Shown: positions 50,262 to 59,450, counted from the first letter of the stretch. The stretch: 64,000 nt of DNA from Patescibacteria group bacterium (GCA_038061225.1 JBBTZT010000002.1:12655-76654); one strand, 5' to 3'. The notes: generated from the sequence alone by a model not told the origin. Program-made: numbers and translations.

Positions 50262-52640
50262 TGTTGGTGAGCTTGGACAAAAAATTGGAGCCTTTGAAGC
50301 ATACGCAGCTCTCCAGTCAGTGTTATTAAGATTAGTAATAAGTTGTGAGGTATTGAATCCTGATCCGAAAAGTGGTGGTGGATATACACCACCAGGGTCC
50401 AATACTGTAATTGGCCACAGTACATAACCAGGTAAATATCCATACTCTTGAAGTGTCGCCTCATCTGTTTTGCCGGCAGCACAATCGTTTCTGAGTGTGT
50501 TAACCATGCAGTCAATTTTCTCATCGATTGATTGAACTTGTGAAACATTGCATCCAAAATGTGAACTTGATGATCCATCTGCCATATCTGTCATCAAACC
50601 ACCATTTTCATTAAGTCCGATTCCAATAGCCCAAAAAGGGTTAAGAGATTTGCCGTTACATTTCGTAGACGCTGCTTTTGCGATTACTTTGTTGTAAACA
50701 TTTTCATCAAGAAGCCATTGTTTACATGCTCCAGTCTCAGGTTCTTCTGTTGGTTTACAATTTCCATCAGCAATTGGTTCGCCGTAACCTTTAGGGCGAA
50801 GGGCAGTTTGAATTCCTTTTAAAAAGTATTCATAGACTGAACCTATGTGTGGGAAAGTTAATTCTGGTTTATCACCACCCCCATCTTCTGGAATTTTTTT
50901 AACACCAAATTCTAAAGACCCACCTCTTGGGGTTTCACTTTCCTCAGCATTATAAGTAACCCCAGTAACTGTTGGAATATCTGCAATACAACTAACTGGC
51001 GCACCTTCCTCGACTTTTGGAAATATTTTTCTAAAAGTACTTCCAGAGTCAGCTACAGTAGTTGAAAATATTTCATCTGCATTTGGAACTTTAACATCTG
51101 TTGGAACAACTATTGTAACTTCTGCGTTACAATGATGGGAATATGTAGTTTCCCAGGAACCTCCTTTTTTAGGGGGAAGGTTAGGAACCCAGATGGTTGT
51201 TTTAGTAACTTTACACAAAACTTGATCAATATTGTAGGTCACTTTTGGAATGACCATTTCTTTAGTGTCTCCAGGTGATCTATCTCCTGGGAATAAATTA
51301 TCACCTTTGTTTGTCCTGACATTTACTGCGCTACAGTCGAGACCGTTTACTTTTGGAAGAGTTTCTGTTGTTTCTGGAACCTTTTCACTTTTATATCCTT
51401 GTGGCAGATAGGTTTTATTTAATAATTCTGACGATTCTTTAACTTCCTCCGTATGTGCAAAATAAAGAGGAGCGTTTTTCTGATTTGCCTCGTCATATTT
51501 TTCACCTGAAATTACTGTTGTTCCGATTGAAGGTTTAAACTGAACATCTAGAATTCTCTCCGCACCTTTTTTGTCAGTAGTATTTGAAAGGGGAATATAT
51601 TGATATAAATCCGCCCATTTATTTGGTACGAATGGATTATCTATACACAAAAGAAGGTCAACAAAAGGAATTTTCGCGCAAGAATCACCTCGCCATTCGT
51701 TATATGCTTTTTGATATGCCTGTTGGCTTTCAAATGGGTCTCCATTTTTATCTGCCCAAGGAAGTGGCGGAGTCCTTTTGTTCCATATATCAGTTCCAAT
51801 TCTGTTAAACAATCCATTAAAATCTGACAAATCTCCTCCGTACCACCCCTGATCGCCCACTATACCTATACTTTTATCTATTAATCTAAATTTTTCATCT
51901 CCTCCATAGCAAGGGACAGGCGTAATTTTTCCGATATTAAGAAGGCCTCCAAACCAACCAAAGTTGCTATCTCCACAAACCACAATTTGATTATGATTTT
52001 GAGGTTCGGTAGTGTCACCAACTTCCTCATCGACATAGTTTGTGATTGCCGAAGCAGAGGCAATGGTGGAAATTCTTTGAGCATCTTGAATCACAGATGG
52101 TAAAAGTTTTTGGATTGGGCCTGAGAAATTAACAACTCGACTATCTGTATTTTCTTCATATTCAGCACGATTGTTTACTCCACTTAAATACCAACTTGCA
52201 TATTCATTTACTTTCTGTGCATCAGAAAATTCATCATTTTTTTTATCATAATTTTTTACTTGTTCAGTGTTCCCTAAAATTGGAAACATGGAATCTGTAA
52301 GCTCAACATAAAGATTATGAGGATCAATATAACCATCTTTGGGTTTACACCAGAAATCACTTGTATTTTTTCCCAAATCACATTGACTAGTTAAGTCAAA
52401 AGATTCAATAAATTTTAATTCATTGCTACAAAACAAAGCTTTATTGGCATCTCCACAGGCAGCGGCTTGATAAGGACGAAGGGAGTGAAATTCAGGATCC
52501 TTTACATCGTTACAAGGAAAACCCACTCTTGGAAAAGCCTCAACCTCGGCTTTTGCCGACGGAATTAAGAGTGAATAATTAATTATTAATAATAAAAACA
52601 AAGAGAAAGAAAACAGAATGAATTTAGACAATATTTTCAT
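50250..52640 (-). CDS. large Cys-rich exported protein, possible lysozyme-like C-terminal domain
   Basis: Signal peptide ending AKA, many Cys; LNPFWAIGIGLNENG...SHFGC. Confidence 0.65.
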   Translation of the reverse strand: MKILSKFILFSFSLFLLLIINYSLLIPSAKAEVEAFPRVGFPCNDVKDPEFHSLRPYQAAACGDANKALFCSNELKFIESFDLTSQCDLGKNTSDFWCKPKDGYIDPHNLYVELTDSMFPILGNTEQVKNYDKKNDEFSDAQKVNEYASWYLSGVNNRAEYEENTDSRVVNFSGPIQKLLPSVIQDAQRISTIASASAITNYVDEEVGDTTEPQNHNQIVVCGDSNFGWFGGLLNIGKITPVPCYGGDEKFRLIDKSIGIVGDQGWYGGDLSDFNGLFNRIGTDIWNKRTPPLPWADKNGDPFESQQAYQKAYNEWRGDSCAKIPFVDLLLCIDNPFVPNKWADLYQYIPLSNTTDKKGAERILDVQFKPSIGTTVISGEKYDEANQKNAPLYFAHTEEVKESSELLNKTYLPQGYKSEKVPETTETLPKVNGLDCSAVNVRTNKGDNLFPGDRSPGDTKEMVIPKVTYNIDQVLCKVTKTTIWVPNLPPKKGGSWETTYSHHCNAEVTIVVPTDVKVPNADEIFSTTVADSGSTFRKIFPKVEEGAPVSCIADIPTVTGVTYNAEESETPRGGSLEFGVKKIPEDGGGDKPELTFPHIGSVYEYFLKGIQTALRPKGYGEPIADGNCKPTEEPETGACKQWLLDENVYNKVIAKAASTKCNGKSLNPFWAIGIGLNENGGLMTDMADGSSSSHFGCNVSQVQSIDEKIDCMVNTLRNDCAAGKTDEATLQEYGYLPGYVLWPITVLDPGGVYPPPLFGSGFNTSQLITNLNNTDWRAAYASKAPIFCPSSPTLPY

Positions 52641-52653
52641 TTGACATTTAATA

Positions 52654-52938
52654 TTATGGTTTAAAGATTGTAAAGTTTGTAACATCAGCACCTGTAAAGG
52701 TTCCAATAATAAGTAGAATCAAATATGAGAAGGCTAATAGAACAAAACCACCAATTGCATAGGTTAAGGTGTTTTTTGCCCCTTCTACTGCTTTTGGATC
52801 ACCTCCAGATGTTAAATATTTAAAACCAGAAGATAAAAGCGTTAAAAAAAGACCAATACCACCAAGAGCTAGAAGTGCTTTAACTACATTTTCAAAAACG
52901 TCTTCAAGTTGTGATAATTCTGCAGGTGCTGCTGCCAT
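52654..52938 (-). CDS. TrbC/VirB2-like pilin
   Basis: Two TMs around GFKYLTSGGDPKAVEGAKNTLT. Confidence 0.82.
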   Translation of the reverse strand: MAAAPAELSQLEDVFENVVKALLALGGIGLFLTLLSSGFKYLTSGGDPKAVEGAKNTLTYAIGGFVLLAFSYLILLIIGTFTGADVTNFTIFKP

Positions 52939-52987
52939 ATAAAAATAAGTTTAGCTTATTCAAGAAAATTGAGCAAGAGAAGATTGG

Positions 52988-53326
52988 TTAACCAGCTTTT
53001 GGAAGATCTAACTTTAATATATTAACCCCAAAGAATGTATTTATTAGTTGAATTATTGCCCAAGCTGAAAAGACTATAACCAAACCAACAAGAGCTGCAG
53101 TAATTTGATTTCTTGCACCTTCTGTATGAGCTTTATCTCCACCCGAGAGTATCCATTTAATGCCTCCAATGACTAGAATAAAAAAGAATGCCAAACCTGC
53201 AATCACTAAAACTAATCTAATAAAACCAGACACCATACCTTCGATCGTAAGATCGGTAGCGCCTTGAAAAGCACTGCCTAAATTTTTATCTAACTCAATT
53301 GCCGCTAAATAAAAAACATCGTTCAT
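52988..53326 (-). CDS. TrbC/VirB2-like pilin
   Basis: GGIKWILSGGDKAHTEGARNQIT. Confidence 0.82.
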   Translation of the reverse strand: MNDVFYLAAIELDKNLGSAFQGATDLTIEGMVSGFIRLVLVIAGLAFFFILVIGGIKWILSGGDKAHTEGARNQITAALVGLVIVFSAWAIIQLINTFFGVNILKLDLPKAG

Positions 53327-53334
53327 ATTAGGTA

Positions 53335-53712
53335 TTATTGAATAACCAATGGGCCTATGTCAATAGACAAAATATCTATCCCAAAGAAAGTTTCAATCAG
53401 CTTAACAATTGCAAAAGTTCCAATAAGTAATACAAAACCTACAATTGCATTTGTAATTCTACCCTTTGCTGACTCAAGACCTGCTTTATCTCCACCAGAC
53501 AATATCCAACTGATTGCCCCCCAAAGAAGCATGAAGAAAAAAGCCAAAGCACCAATTACAAATAAAAGACCAATTACCCTGCTGATTAAATCGCCAAAAA
53601 AGAATTCTGGTAAATTTAGGAGCATCTGATTAAGCGTGTTTCCGATGGCAGGGTTTGAAATTTTTCCATCTCCTGTAGTTCCTGCTCCAGCTAATAGTGT
53701 ATTTATTTGCAT
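53335..53712 (-). CDS. TrbC/VirB2-like pilin
   Basis: GAISWILSGGDKAGLESAKGRIT. Confidence 0.82.
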   Translation of the reverse strand: MQINTLLAGAGTTGDGKISNPAIGNTLNQMLLNLPEFFFGDLISRVIGLLFVIGALAFFFMLLWGAISWILSGGDKAGLESAKGRITNAIVGFVLLIGTFAIVKLIETFFGIDILSIDIGPLVIQ

Positions 53713-53713
53713 A

Positions 53714-54076
53714 TTAATTTAGTGATTTAAAAAGCGTTGCAATGTCTAGGATATTTGGCAAACCTAATAATTTCCCGATAAAGCTTAAAATAAAGAGAGA
53801 TGAAACAAGCACTACTAGTCCAATTACTCCATTTGTAATCTTTTTTCTTGCCCCCTCTAGAGCTTGTTTGTCTCCACTTGAAGAAATGATACTAACAGCG
53901 CCTGTCACAATTATAAATACCATCCAAATAATTCCAATTATTGTAATAAGACCAACCGCTGAGGAAAGAAATGTTGCAAAAACTGATATACCACTTTGAC
54001 CCTGTTCTAATCCAAGTGGTCCAAAGCCCTTATACCCCTCTCCTTCAAATAATTTAATTTGTGCGATTTTGTTCAT
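53714..54076 (-). CDS. TrbC/VirB2-like pilin
   Basis: GAVSIISSSGDKQALEGARKKIT; ATGA overlap with the upstream pilin. Confidence 0.8.
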   Translation of the reverse strand: MNKIAQIKLFEGEGYKGFGPLGLEQGQSGISVFATFLSSAVGLITIIGIIWMVFIIVTGAVSIISSSGDKQALEGARKKITNGVIGLVVLVSSLFILSFIGKLLGLPNILDIATLFKSLN

Positions 54077-54423
54077 GGTGTAGGTATTGATGGTTGTAAT
54101 AAAAATAATGGATTTTTGAATATCAATTGCCCTATTATAGCTGCAAGTACAAAAGATCCTGCAGAAAAAGCAAGCCCCATTAAAGTTTGATAAATTTTTG
54201 CCCATGCACTTGCAACCTTTTTACTATCATCTCCTGCAGACATAAAAGCATAACCAGCAAGAACAAGATTAAACAAAGCATAAATACCTGCACCAACTAC
54301 TAATGCTCGTAGTCCAAACTGAATTAATTTTCCAAAAGCAGGACCGGCTTCAGCTCCATAAATACTATTTAGTTTATCAGGAACTTCTACAGTTCCAAAT
54401 GGATTTTGCGCAAGTAAATTCAT
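54073..54423 (-). CDS. TrbC/VirB2-like pilin
   Basis: GYAFMSAGDDSKKVASAWAKIY. Confidence 0.78.
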   Translation of the reverse strand: MNLLAQNPFGTVEVPDKLNSIYGAEAGPAFGKLIQFGLRALVVGAGIYALFNLVLAGYAFMSAGDDSKKVASAWAKIYQTLMGLAFSAGSFVLAAIIGQLIFKNPLFLLQPSIPTP

Positions 54424-54465
54424 ATATAAATCTATTATACTAATAATTGTCACCAACACAAGCAC

Positions 54466-54503
54466 TTGACAGACCTCATATAATCCCATATAATCTCATA
54501 TAT
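54466..54503 (+). promoter_or_regulatory. fic promoter with three 10-bp direct repeats
   Basis: TTGACA-17-TATAAT; CTCATATAAT CCCATATAAT CTCATATAT at 54475-54503. Confidence 0.75.
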
Positions 54504-55562
54504 ATGAATGACAAGTTCAACATAAGGTTTAATAATGTATCACACGAGATATGGCTAAAAATTACACAAATAGAAAGTTTAAAAGGTAAATGGGATGGAA
54601 GTACCAAACTTAGCCCACAAATTCTTGGAAGATTAAAAAAATCCGTATTGGTTACCTCAACAGGTGCTTCTACTCGTATTGAAGGTTCAAAACTAACAGA
54701 TGAAACAGTTGAAAAAATGATGAAAGGGATTTCAATCCAAAAATTTAGTAATCGAGATGAACAAGAAGTAATGGGATATTATGAACTTCTTCAAAATATT
54801 TTTAATTCTTGGGAGTCAATAACATTTAGCGAAAGTGCAATATTACATTTTCATAAAGAATTGTTGAAATATGTTGGAAAAGACGAAACCCATAGAGGTG
54901 AGTATAAGAAAAAAGAAAATGCAGTACATATGGTTAATGAAAAAGGGAAATCAGTGGGAATTCTTTTTGAAACTACCAAGGCATATTTAACTCCAAAGGA
55001 AATGTATGAGCTCATTGATTGGACAAAAACAGCATTAAATCAAAATACCTATCATCCACTTTTAATTATTTCAAATTTTATAGTTGAATTTTTAAATATT
55101 CACCCTTTTTCTGACGGAAACGGCAGATTATCAAGAATTTTAACTAATTTATTGCTATTAAAAGCGGGTTATTTATATATACCATATGTATCACACGAAA
55201 AATTAATTGAAGATAATAAACCAGAATATTATTTAGCCTTACGCCGTAGCCAAAATACATTAAGAACCAAAAAACCAGATGTTTCGTTTTGGACCAATTT
55301 CTTTTTAGATATATTATTTACTCAATCTGAAATTGCCATAAAACAGTTAACAGAAACAAATATTGAATCAGTGTTATCACCAAAACAATTATTGGTTTGG
55401 GATTATTTAGAAAAAAATGATGAAGTGACTCCCATGGAAATTTCTAAAAAAGCTGGAGTTACTAGACCTACAGTTACTCAAGTTCTTGTTAAATTATTAG
55501 ATCTAAAAATGATTGAGAAAATTGGCCAAGGATCAGCAACAAGATATCGAAAACTAAAGTGA
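54504..55562 (+). CDS. Fic family protein with C-terminal wHTH
   Basis: Intact HPFSDGNGRLSR; N-terminal STRIEG autoinhibitory motif. Confidence 0.92.
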   Translation: MNDKFNIRFNNVSHEIWLKITQIESLKGKWDGSTKLSPQILGRLKKSVLVTSTGASTRIEGSKLTDETVEKMMKGISIQKFSNRDEQEVMGYYELLQNIFNSWESITFSESAILHFHKELLKYVGKDETHRGEYKKKENAVHMVNEKGKSVGILFETTKAYLTPKEMYELIDWTKTALNQNTYHPLLIISNFIVEFLNIHPFSDGNGRLSRILTNLLLLKAGYLYIPYVSHEKLIEDNKPEYYLALRRSQNTLRTKKPDVSFWTNFFLDILFTQSEIAIKQLTETNIESVLSPKQLLVWDYLEKNDEVTPMEISKKAGVTRPTVTQVLVKLLDLKMIEKIGQGSATRYRKLK

Positions 55563-55874
55563 AATAAGTGATAAGCCTGTGATTGTTTCTATGAGTTTTA
55601 CTATCCAATATGCAGAAAATACAACTATGAAGCCAATTAGCGCTGAAGTTGCAGCCTTTTTACCCTTTTCAACTGTTTGGGGATCTGATTTTCCAGCACC
55701 CGCAATCATTCCAATTCCACCCCCAATTAAAAGAAAAAGTAAAAATATTCCTGCTATTGAAATAGCACCTGTAATAATTGCAGAAACATACCTACTTATA
55801 CTATCAACTCTGTATAAATCTCCACGTGTATCACCTAAGAAAGTTGTACCAATGTTAATTGCTAATTTATTCAT
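55554..55874 (-). CDS. TrbC/VirB2-like pilin
   Basis: GGIGMIAGAGKSDPQTVEKGKKAAT. Confidence 0.78.
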   Translation of the reverse strand: MNKLAINIGTTFLGDTRGDLYRVDSISRYVSAIITGAISIAGIFLLFLLIGGGIGMIAGAGKSDPQTVEKGKKAATSALIGFIVVFSAYWIVKLIETITGLSLISL

Positions 55875-55876
55875 AT

Positions 55877-56191
55877 TTAATTAAATAAAATTGTCTCTAT
55901 ACCCAAAAATTTCATTATAAGCATAACTATCCAAAATGATACAAATAAAATTGATATTCCAATTACAGATGTTGTAAGTTTAGCTTGTGCTGCCTGCATT
56001 ACTTTTGGATCTCCTGTAGACGTCATCATTTTAAAACCTGATGTAATAATATTTAAAAGCAGAATTATTCCTGCAATTCCAAAGATATATGGAAGAGCTA
56101 AATTGATAAAACCCGATGGTTCAAGTAAAACGTTCCAAGCAGGCAACCCTGCGTTATTTTGTATTGAAGTAAAAGTTGCCGTGTCAAACAT
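55877..56191 (-). CDS. TrbC/VirB2-like pilin
   Basis: SGFKMMTSTGDPKVMQAAQAKLT. Confidence 0.8.
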   Translation of the reverse strand: MFDTATFTSIQNNAGLPAWNVLLEPSGFINLALPYIFGIAGIILLLNIITSGFKMMTSTGDPKVMQAAQAKLTTSVIGISILFVSFWIVMLIMKFLGIETILFN

Positions 56192-56193
56192 AT

Positions 56194-56556
56194 TTATAAT
56201 TTATCCAATCCCAGTATATCAATTCCTATGAATTTTAGTATAAAGACACTAAAAATTAACATAATTAAACCTGAAATGGCTGATGTTAGTAGTTCTTGCC
56301 CTGCTTTTAATCTGTCTGGAACTCCTTGAGAAGTCATTATCATAAAACTAGCATAGACAATCAATAAAAATGCAATTCCACCACCAACCCCAACAGCCCA
56401 ACCCAATATCCACCCCATGAATTGATTTGTATCAGAAACTGGTATACAGCCAATAGCTGTATCAATTCCACAATCTTCAAGCTGAGCAAATACTGGTTTG
56501 ATTGAATAACTAATTAAAGTTAAAAATAAAAATATTGCAGGGATTATTTTTTTCAT
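56194..56556 (-). CDS. TrbC/VirB2-like pilin with signal peptide
   Basis: PVFA cleavage-like site, C..TAIGCIP, MTSQGVPDRLKAGQELLT. Confidence 0.8.
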   Translation of the reverse strand: MKKIIPAIFLFLTLISYSIKPVFAQLEDCGIDTAIGCIPVSDTNQFMGWILGWAVGVGGGIAFLLIVYASFMIMTSQGVPDRLKAGQELLTSAISGLIMLIFSVFILKFIGIDILGLDKL

Positions 56557-56615
56557 AGCGTAGCTGGATTTCATTATGTTTACTATTCTAGCAAATTTTG
56601 TTAAACTTATACATC

Positions 56616-56879
56616 ATGCAAACAAAATTATTAAATTATAGAGTTATTGTTGAGCCAGAAACCTATCCAAATGGTGATAAAGTTTATAATGCCTATTGTC
56701 CAACACTTGGGATAACAGATTACGGAGACACAATAGAAGAAGCGTTGGAAAGTTTAAAAGATGGTATTGGACTAGCTGTTGAAATGTTATCTAAAGAGAA
56801 AGCAGAAATTCCATCAGACGATTTAAATACCCAGATTGTTACTCAAACACAAATTCAATATCCGATAGCTTTTGCCTAA
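56616..56879 (+). CDS. HicB family antitoxin (no DNA-binding domain)
   Basis: YNAYCPTLGITDYGDTIEEAL. Confidence 0.85.
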   Translation: MQTKLLNYRVIVEPETYPNGDKVYNAYCPTLGITDYGDTIEEALESLKDGIGLAVEMLSKEKAEIPSDDLNTQIVTQTQIQYPIAFA

Positions 56880-56883
56880 GAAA

Positions 56884-57099
56884 ATGCCCAAACTGCCAAG
56901 AAATATAAAACCGAAAATATTACTTAAAATTCTTAAATCAAAAGGTTTTGTCGAAGTTGGGGGAAAAGGGTCTCATGTTCGATTAAAGCATCAAGATGGT
57001 AGATGGACACAAGTTGCCATTCATCCCAAGCCAATTCCACAAGGAACTTTGAGAAAAATCTTGAGTCAAGTTAAACTTCAGATAGAGGATGTAAAATGA
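56884..57099 (+). CDS. HicA family toxin
   Basis: GF...GKGSH...H...GTLRKILSQ. Confidence 0.88.
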   Translation: MPKLPRNIKPKILLKILKSKGFVEVGGKGSHVRLKHQDGRWTQVAIHPKPIPQGTLRKILSQVKLQIEDVK

Positions 57100-57113
57100 G
57101 ATTCAGCTACGTT

Positions 57114-58811
57114 ATGAAATTTGTAAAACTGATTATTGTTTTTATTTTTGTTTTTCTAAGTACTAAGTACTTTGTACTGGGTACTGCTTATGCAGTTTCT
57201 GAATCAGACTGTTTAAATAAAAGTGTTTCTGAACTGTCCGCAAATGACATGAATGAATGTATAAATACAATATTACCAAGAATTGCTTCGGCCTATGCTC
57301 CTGCTCAAGAAAAAAACAAACAAAATTTAGCAAATCTAAAAACTCAAATTGACAATTTAAATAAAAGGATTTCTTCTTTGTCACAGGAACTTAAAAACAA
57401 AGAAATAGAAATAAAATCAAGAGAAAAAGATGTATCTTTTGCACAACAAGTATTAAATGAGAAAGCTGTCAGTCAATATGTAACGGCAAGATTGTATGAT
57501 CCTTTTATCTCTTTAATTTCTGCCACAGACGCATTAGAAGTTTTTAAAATGATTAAGGTCAAACAAATGGTTGCAGAGGGTGATAGAAAAACCATTGAAA
57601 AATATTCTGGAGAAATAGTCAAATTAAAAGAAGATAAAGAATCTTTGGAAAAAAACAAAATATCTCTTGCCTCTTTGCAAAACAAAGTAAGTTCTGATGC
57701 CAAGTTTTTGGAGGGAGAGGTTAATAAAGTTGAAAGTTTTTTGTCTGTTTTAAGTGCTAAACAACAAGAAATATTAAATGCAAAGTCAGGAGGGTTTACT
57801 GCAAGTGTGGGAGATAGTGAGTTAGCTGATGATTACAACGCTTCAATTAAAGGATTTAGAGAATCAGCCCCCGCAGGTTCTTTTGCAGTATTTTCATTTG
57901 GTGGATACACACATAGAAAAGGAATGAGCCAGTATGGTGCAAGGGGTAGAGCGCAGCAGAATAATCAAAACGCCAACCAAATATTAAAAACATATTATGG
58001 TAAAGAACCTGTCGGGAAAGACACTAGTGGGAATATAAATGTTGCGGGAGTTGGTAGCGTTAATTTTGAAGATTATTATTTGATGGGTATAGCTGAAATG
58101 CCTGCAAGTTGGCATATGGAAGCGTTAAAAGCACAAGCAATTGCAGCCAGAACATATGCCTATAGATACAAAATTGAAGGAAAACAAATTTGTGTAAGTG
58201 AAAGCTGTCAAGTTTTTAGAAAAAGCAAAGCAGATAACCCACCTGATGCCTGGAAACAAGCAGTACAACAAACAAAAGGTCAAGTTTTAGAAGATGTTGT
58301 AACATATTATTCATCTACTGCTGGTGGATATTCAACTACTTCTGGTTGGGATACAACTGATGGAAATGGTGGGGCAAATTTTATAGACAAAGCATACGAA
58401 AAACTTGGGGGATCACCGTGGTTATATAAGGCATGGTATAGACAAGGGTATACGAGTAGTGGTAATACTTGTGGACAAAATGATCCATGGTTAAATAATG
58501 AAGAGTTTACTGACATAATTAATGCAGCAATTGTTTTGAAAAGTGGCCAAGACAGTAGGGTGTCATCTATATCAACTTCATGTTGGGGAGGAAATCCATA
58601 TTCGTACGCAGAGTTGAAACAAAAAGGCGGGCTTTCTTCTGTATCAAGTGTCTCTGTCACCCAAGGCAATGGAAACACAACCACAGTGAATATAAACGGG
58701 AACATAAGTTTAACAGGAAACGAGTTTAAACAAGCCTTTAATCTTCGCGCCCCTGGATATTTGATGATACCTCAAAAAGGTTTTGCCTTTTTCAATATAG
58801 AAAAGAAATAA
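57114..58811 (+). CDS. exported coiled-coil + SpoIID/LytB domain protein
   Basis: Signal peptide, coiled coil, EALKAQAIAARTY, YYSSTAGG, GMSQYGA. Confidence 0.88.
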   Translation: MKFVKLIIVFIFVFLSTKYFVLGTAYAVSESDCLNKSVSELSANDMNECINTILPRIASAYAPAQEKNKQNLANLKTQIDNLNKRISSLSQELKNKEIEIKSREKDVSFAQQVLNEKAVSQYVTARLYDPFISLISATDALEVFKMIKVKQMVAEGDRKTIEKYSGEIVKLKEDKESLEKNKISLASLQNKVSSDAKFLEGEVNKVESFLSVLSAKQQEILNAKSGGFTASVGDSELADDYNASIKGFRESAPAGSFAVFSFGGYTHRKGMSQYGARGRAQQNNQNANQILKTYYGKEPVGKDTSGNINVAGVGSVNFEDYYLMGIAEMPASWHMEALKAQAIAARTYAYRYKIEGKQICVSESCQVFRKSKADNPPDAWKQAVQQTKGQVLEDVVTYYSSTAGGYSTTSGWDTTDGNGGANFIDKAYEKLGGSPWLYKAWYRQGYTSSGNTCGQNDPWLNNEEFTDIINAAIVLKSGQDSRVSSISTSCWGGNPYSYAELKQKGGLSSVSSVSVTQGNGNTTTVNINGNISLTGNEFKQAFNLRAPGYLMIPQKGFAFFNIEKK

Positions 58812-58838
58812 TTAGACCTAATCTGGTATAATGTGATT

Positions 58839-59450
58839 ATGCCAGAGATATTTTCAGCTTCTAAAAAAAAGAAAGACTTGCCATTGCAAGAAAAATATCC
58901 ACTATCTTCATTTTTAATGTGGCCCAATGGGGTTAATTTTGAAACAAGAGAAAGTGAAGAAAAAATAATTCTCTTTTTAAGAAAGCACCTAGTTACAAAT
59001 ATTCCTTGGATAATAACAACAATTATTATGTTACTGACTCCAATATTTATTTTAAACACAACTGTTTTAGATTCAACCCCCTCAAATTTTAGGTTTATTT
59101 TTATTCTAATTTGGTATTTAATTACAACTGCTTATTTCTTGGAAAGTTTTTTAACTTGGTTTTTCAATGTTTATATAGTTACAGATGAACGAATAATTGA
59201 TATTGATTTTTATAATTTAATTTATAAAGAAGTAAGTGACGCTAATATAGATAAAATTCAAGATGTTACATATAAAATGGGTGGAGTAGTAAGAACCCTG
59301 TTTAATTATGGTGATGTTTTAATCCAAACAGCCTCTGAAGTTCCCAATTTTGACTTTTTAGCTGTTCCACATCCTGATAAAATTGTTAAAGTCTTACAAG
59401 ACTTGAGAATTGAAGAACAGCAAGAAGCAATTGAAGGGAGGATTAGATGA
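58839..59450 (+). CDS. bacterial PH-domain membrane protein
   Basis: YIVTDERIID...IQDVT...FNYGDV.IQTA. Confidence 0.85.
   Translation: MPEIFSASKKKKDLPLQEKYPLSSFLMWPNGVNFETRESEEKIILFLRKHLVTNIPWIITTIIMLLTPIFILNTTVLDSTPSNFRFIFILIWYLITTAYFLESFLTWFFNVYIVTDERIIDIDFYNLIYKEVSDANIDKIQDVTYKMGGVVRTLFNYGDVLIQTASEVPNFDFLAVPHPDKIVKVLQDLRIEEQQEAIEGRIR

Noticed and set aside
32294-56574. ICE or prophage
   Set aside because: No integrase, relaxase, att pair or phage structural genes; housekeeping-type genes are interleaved
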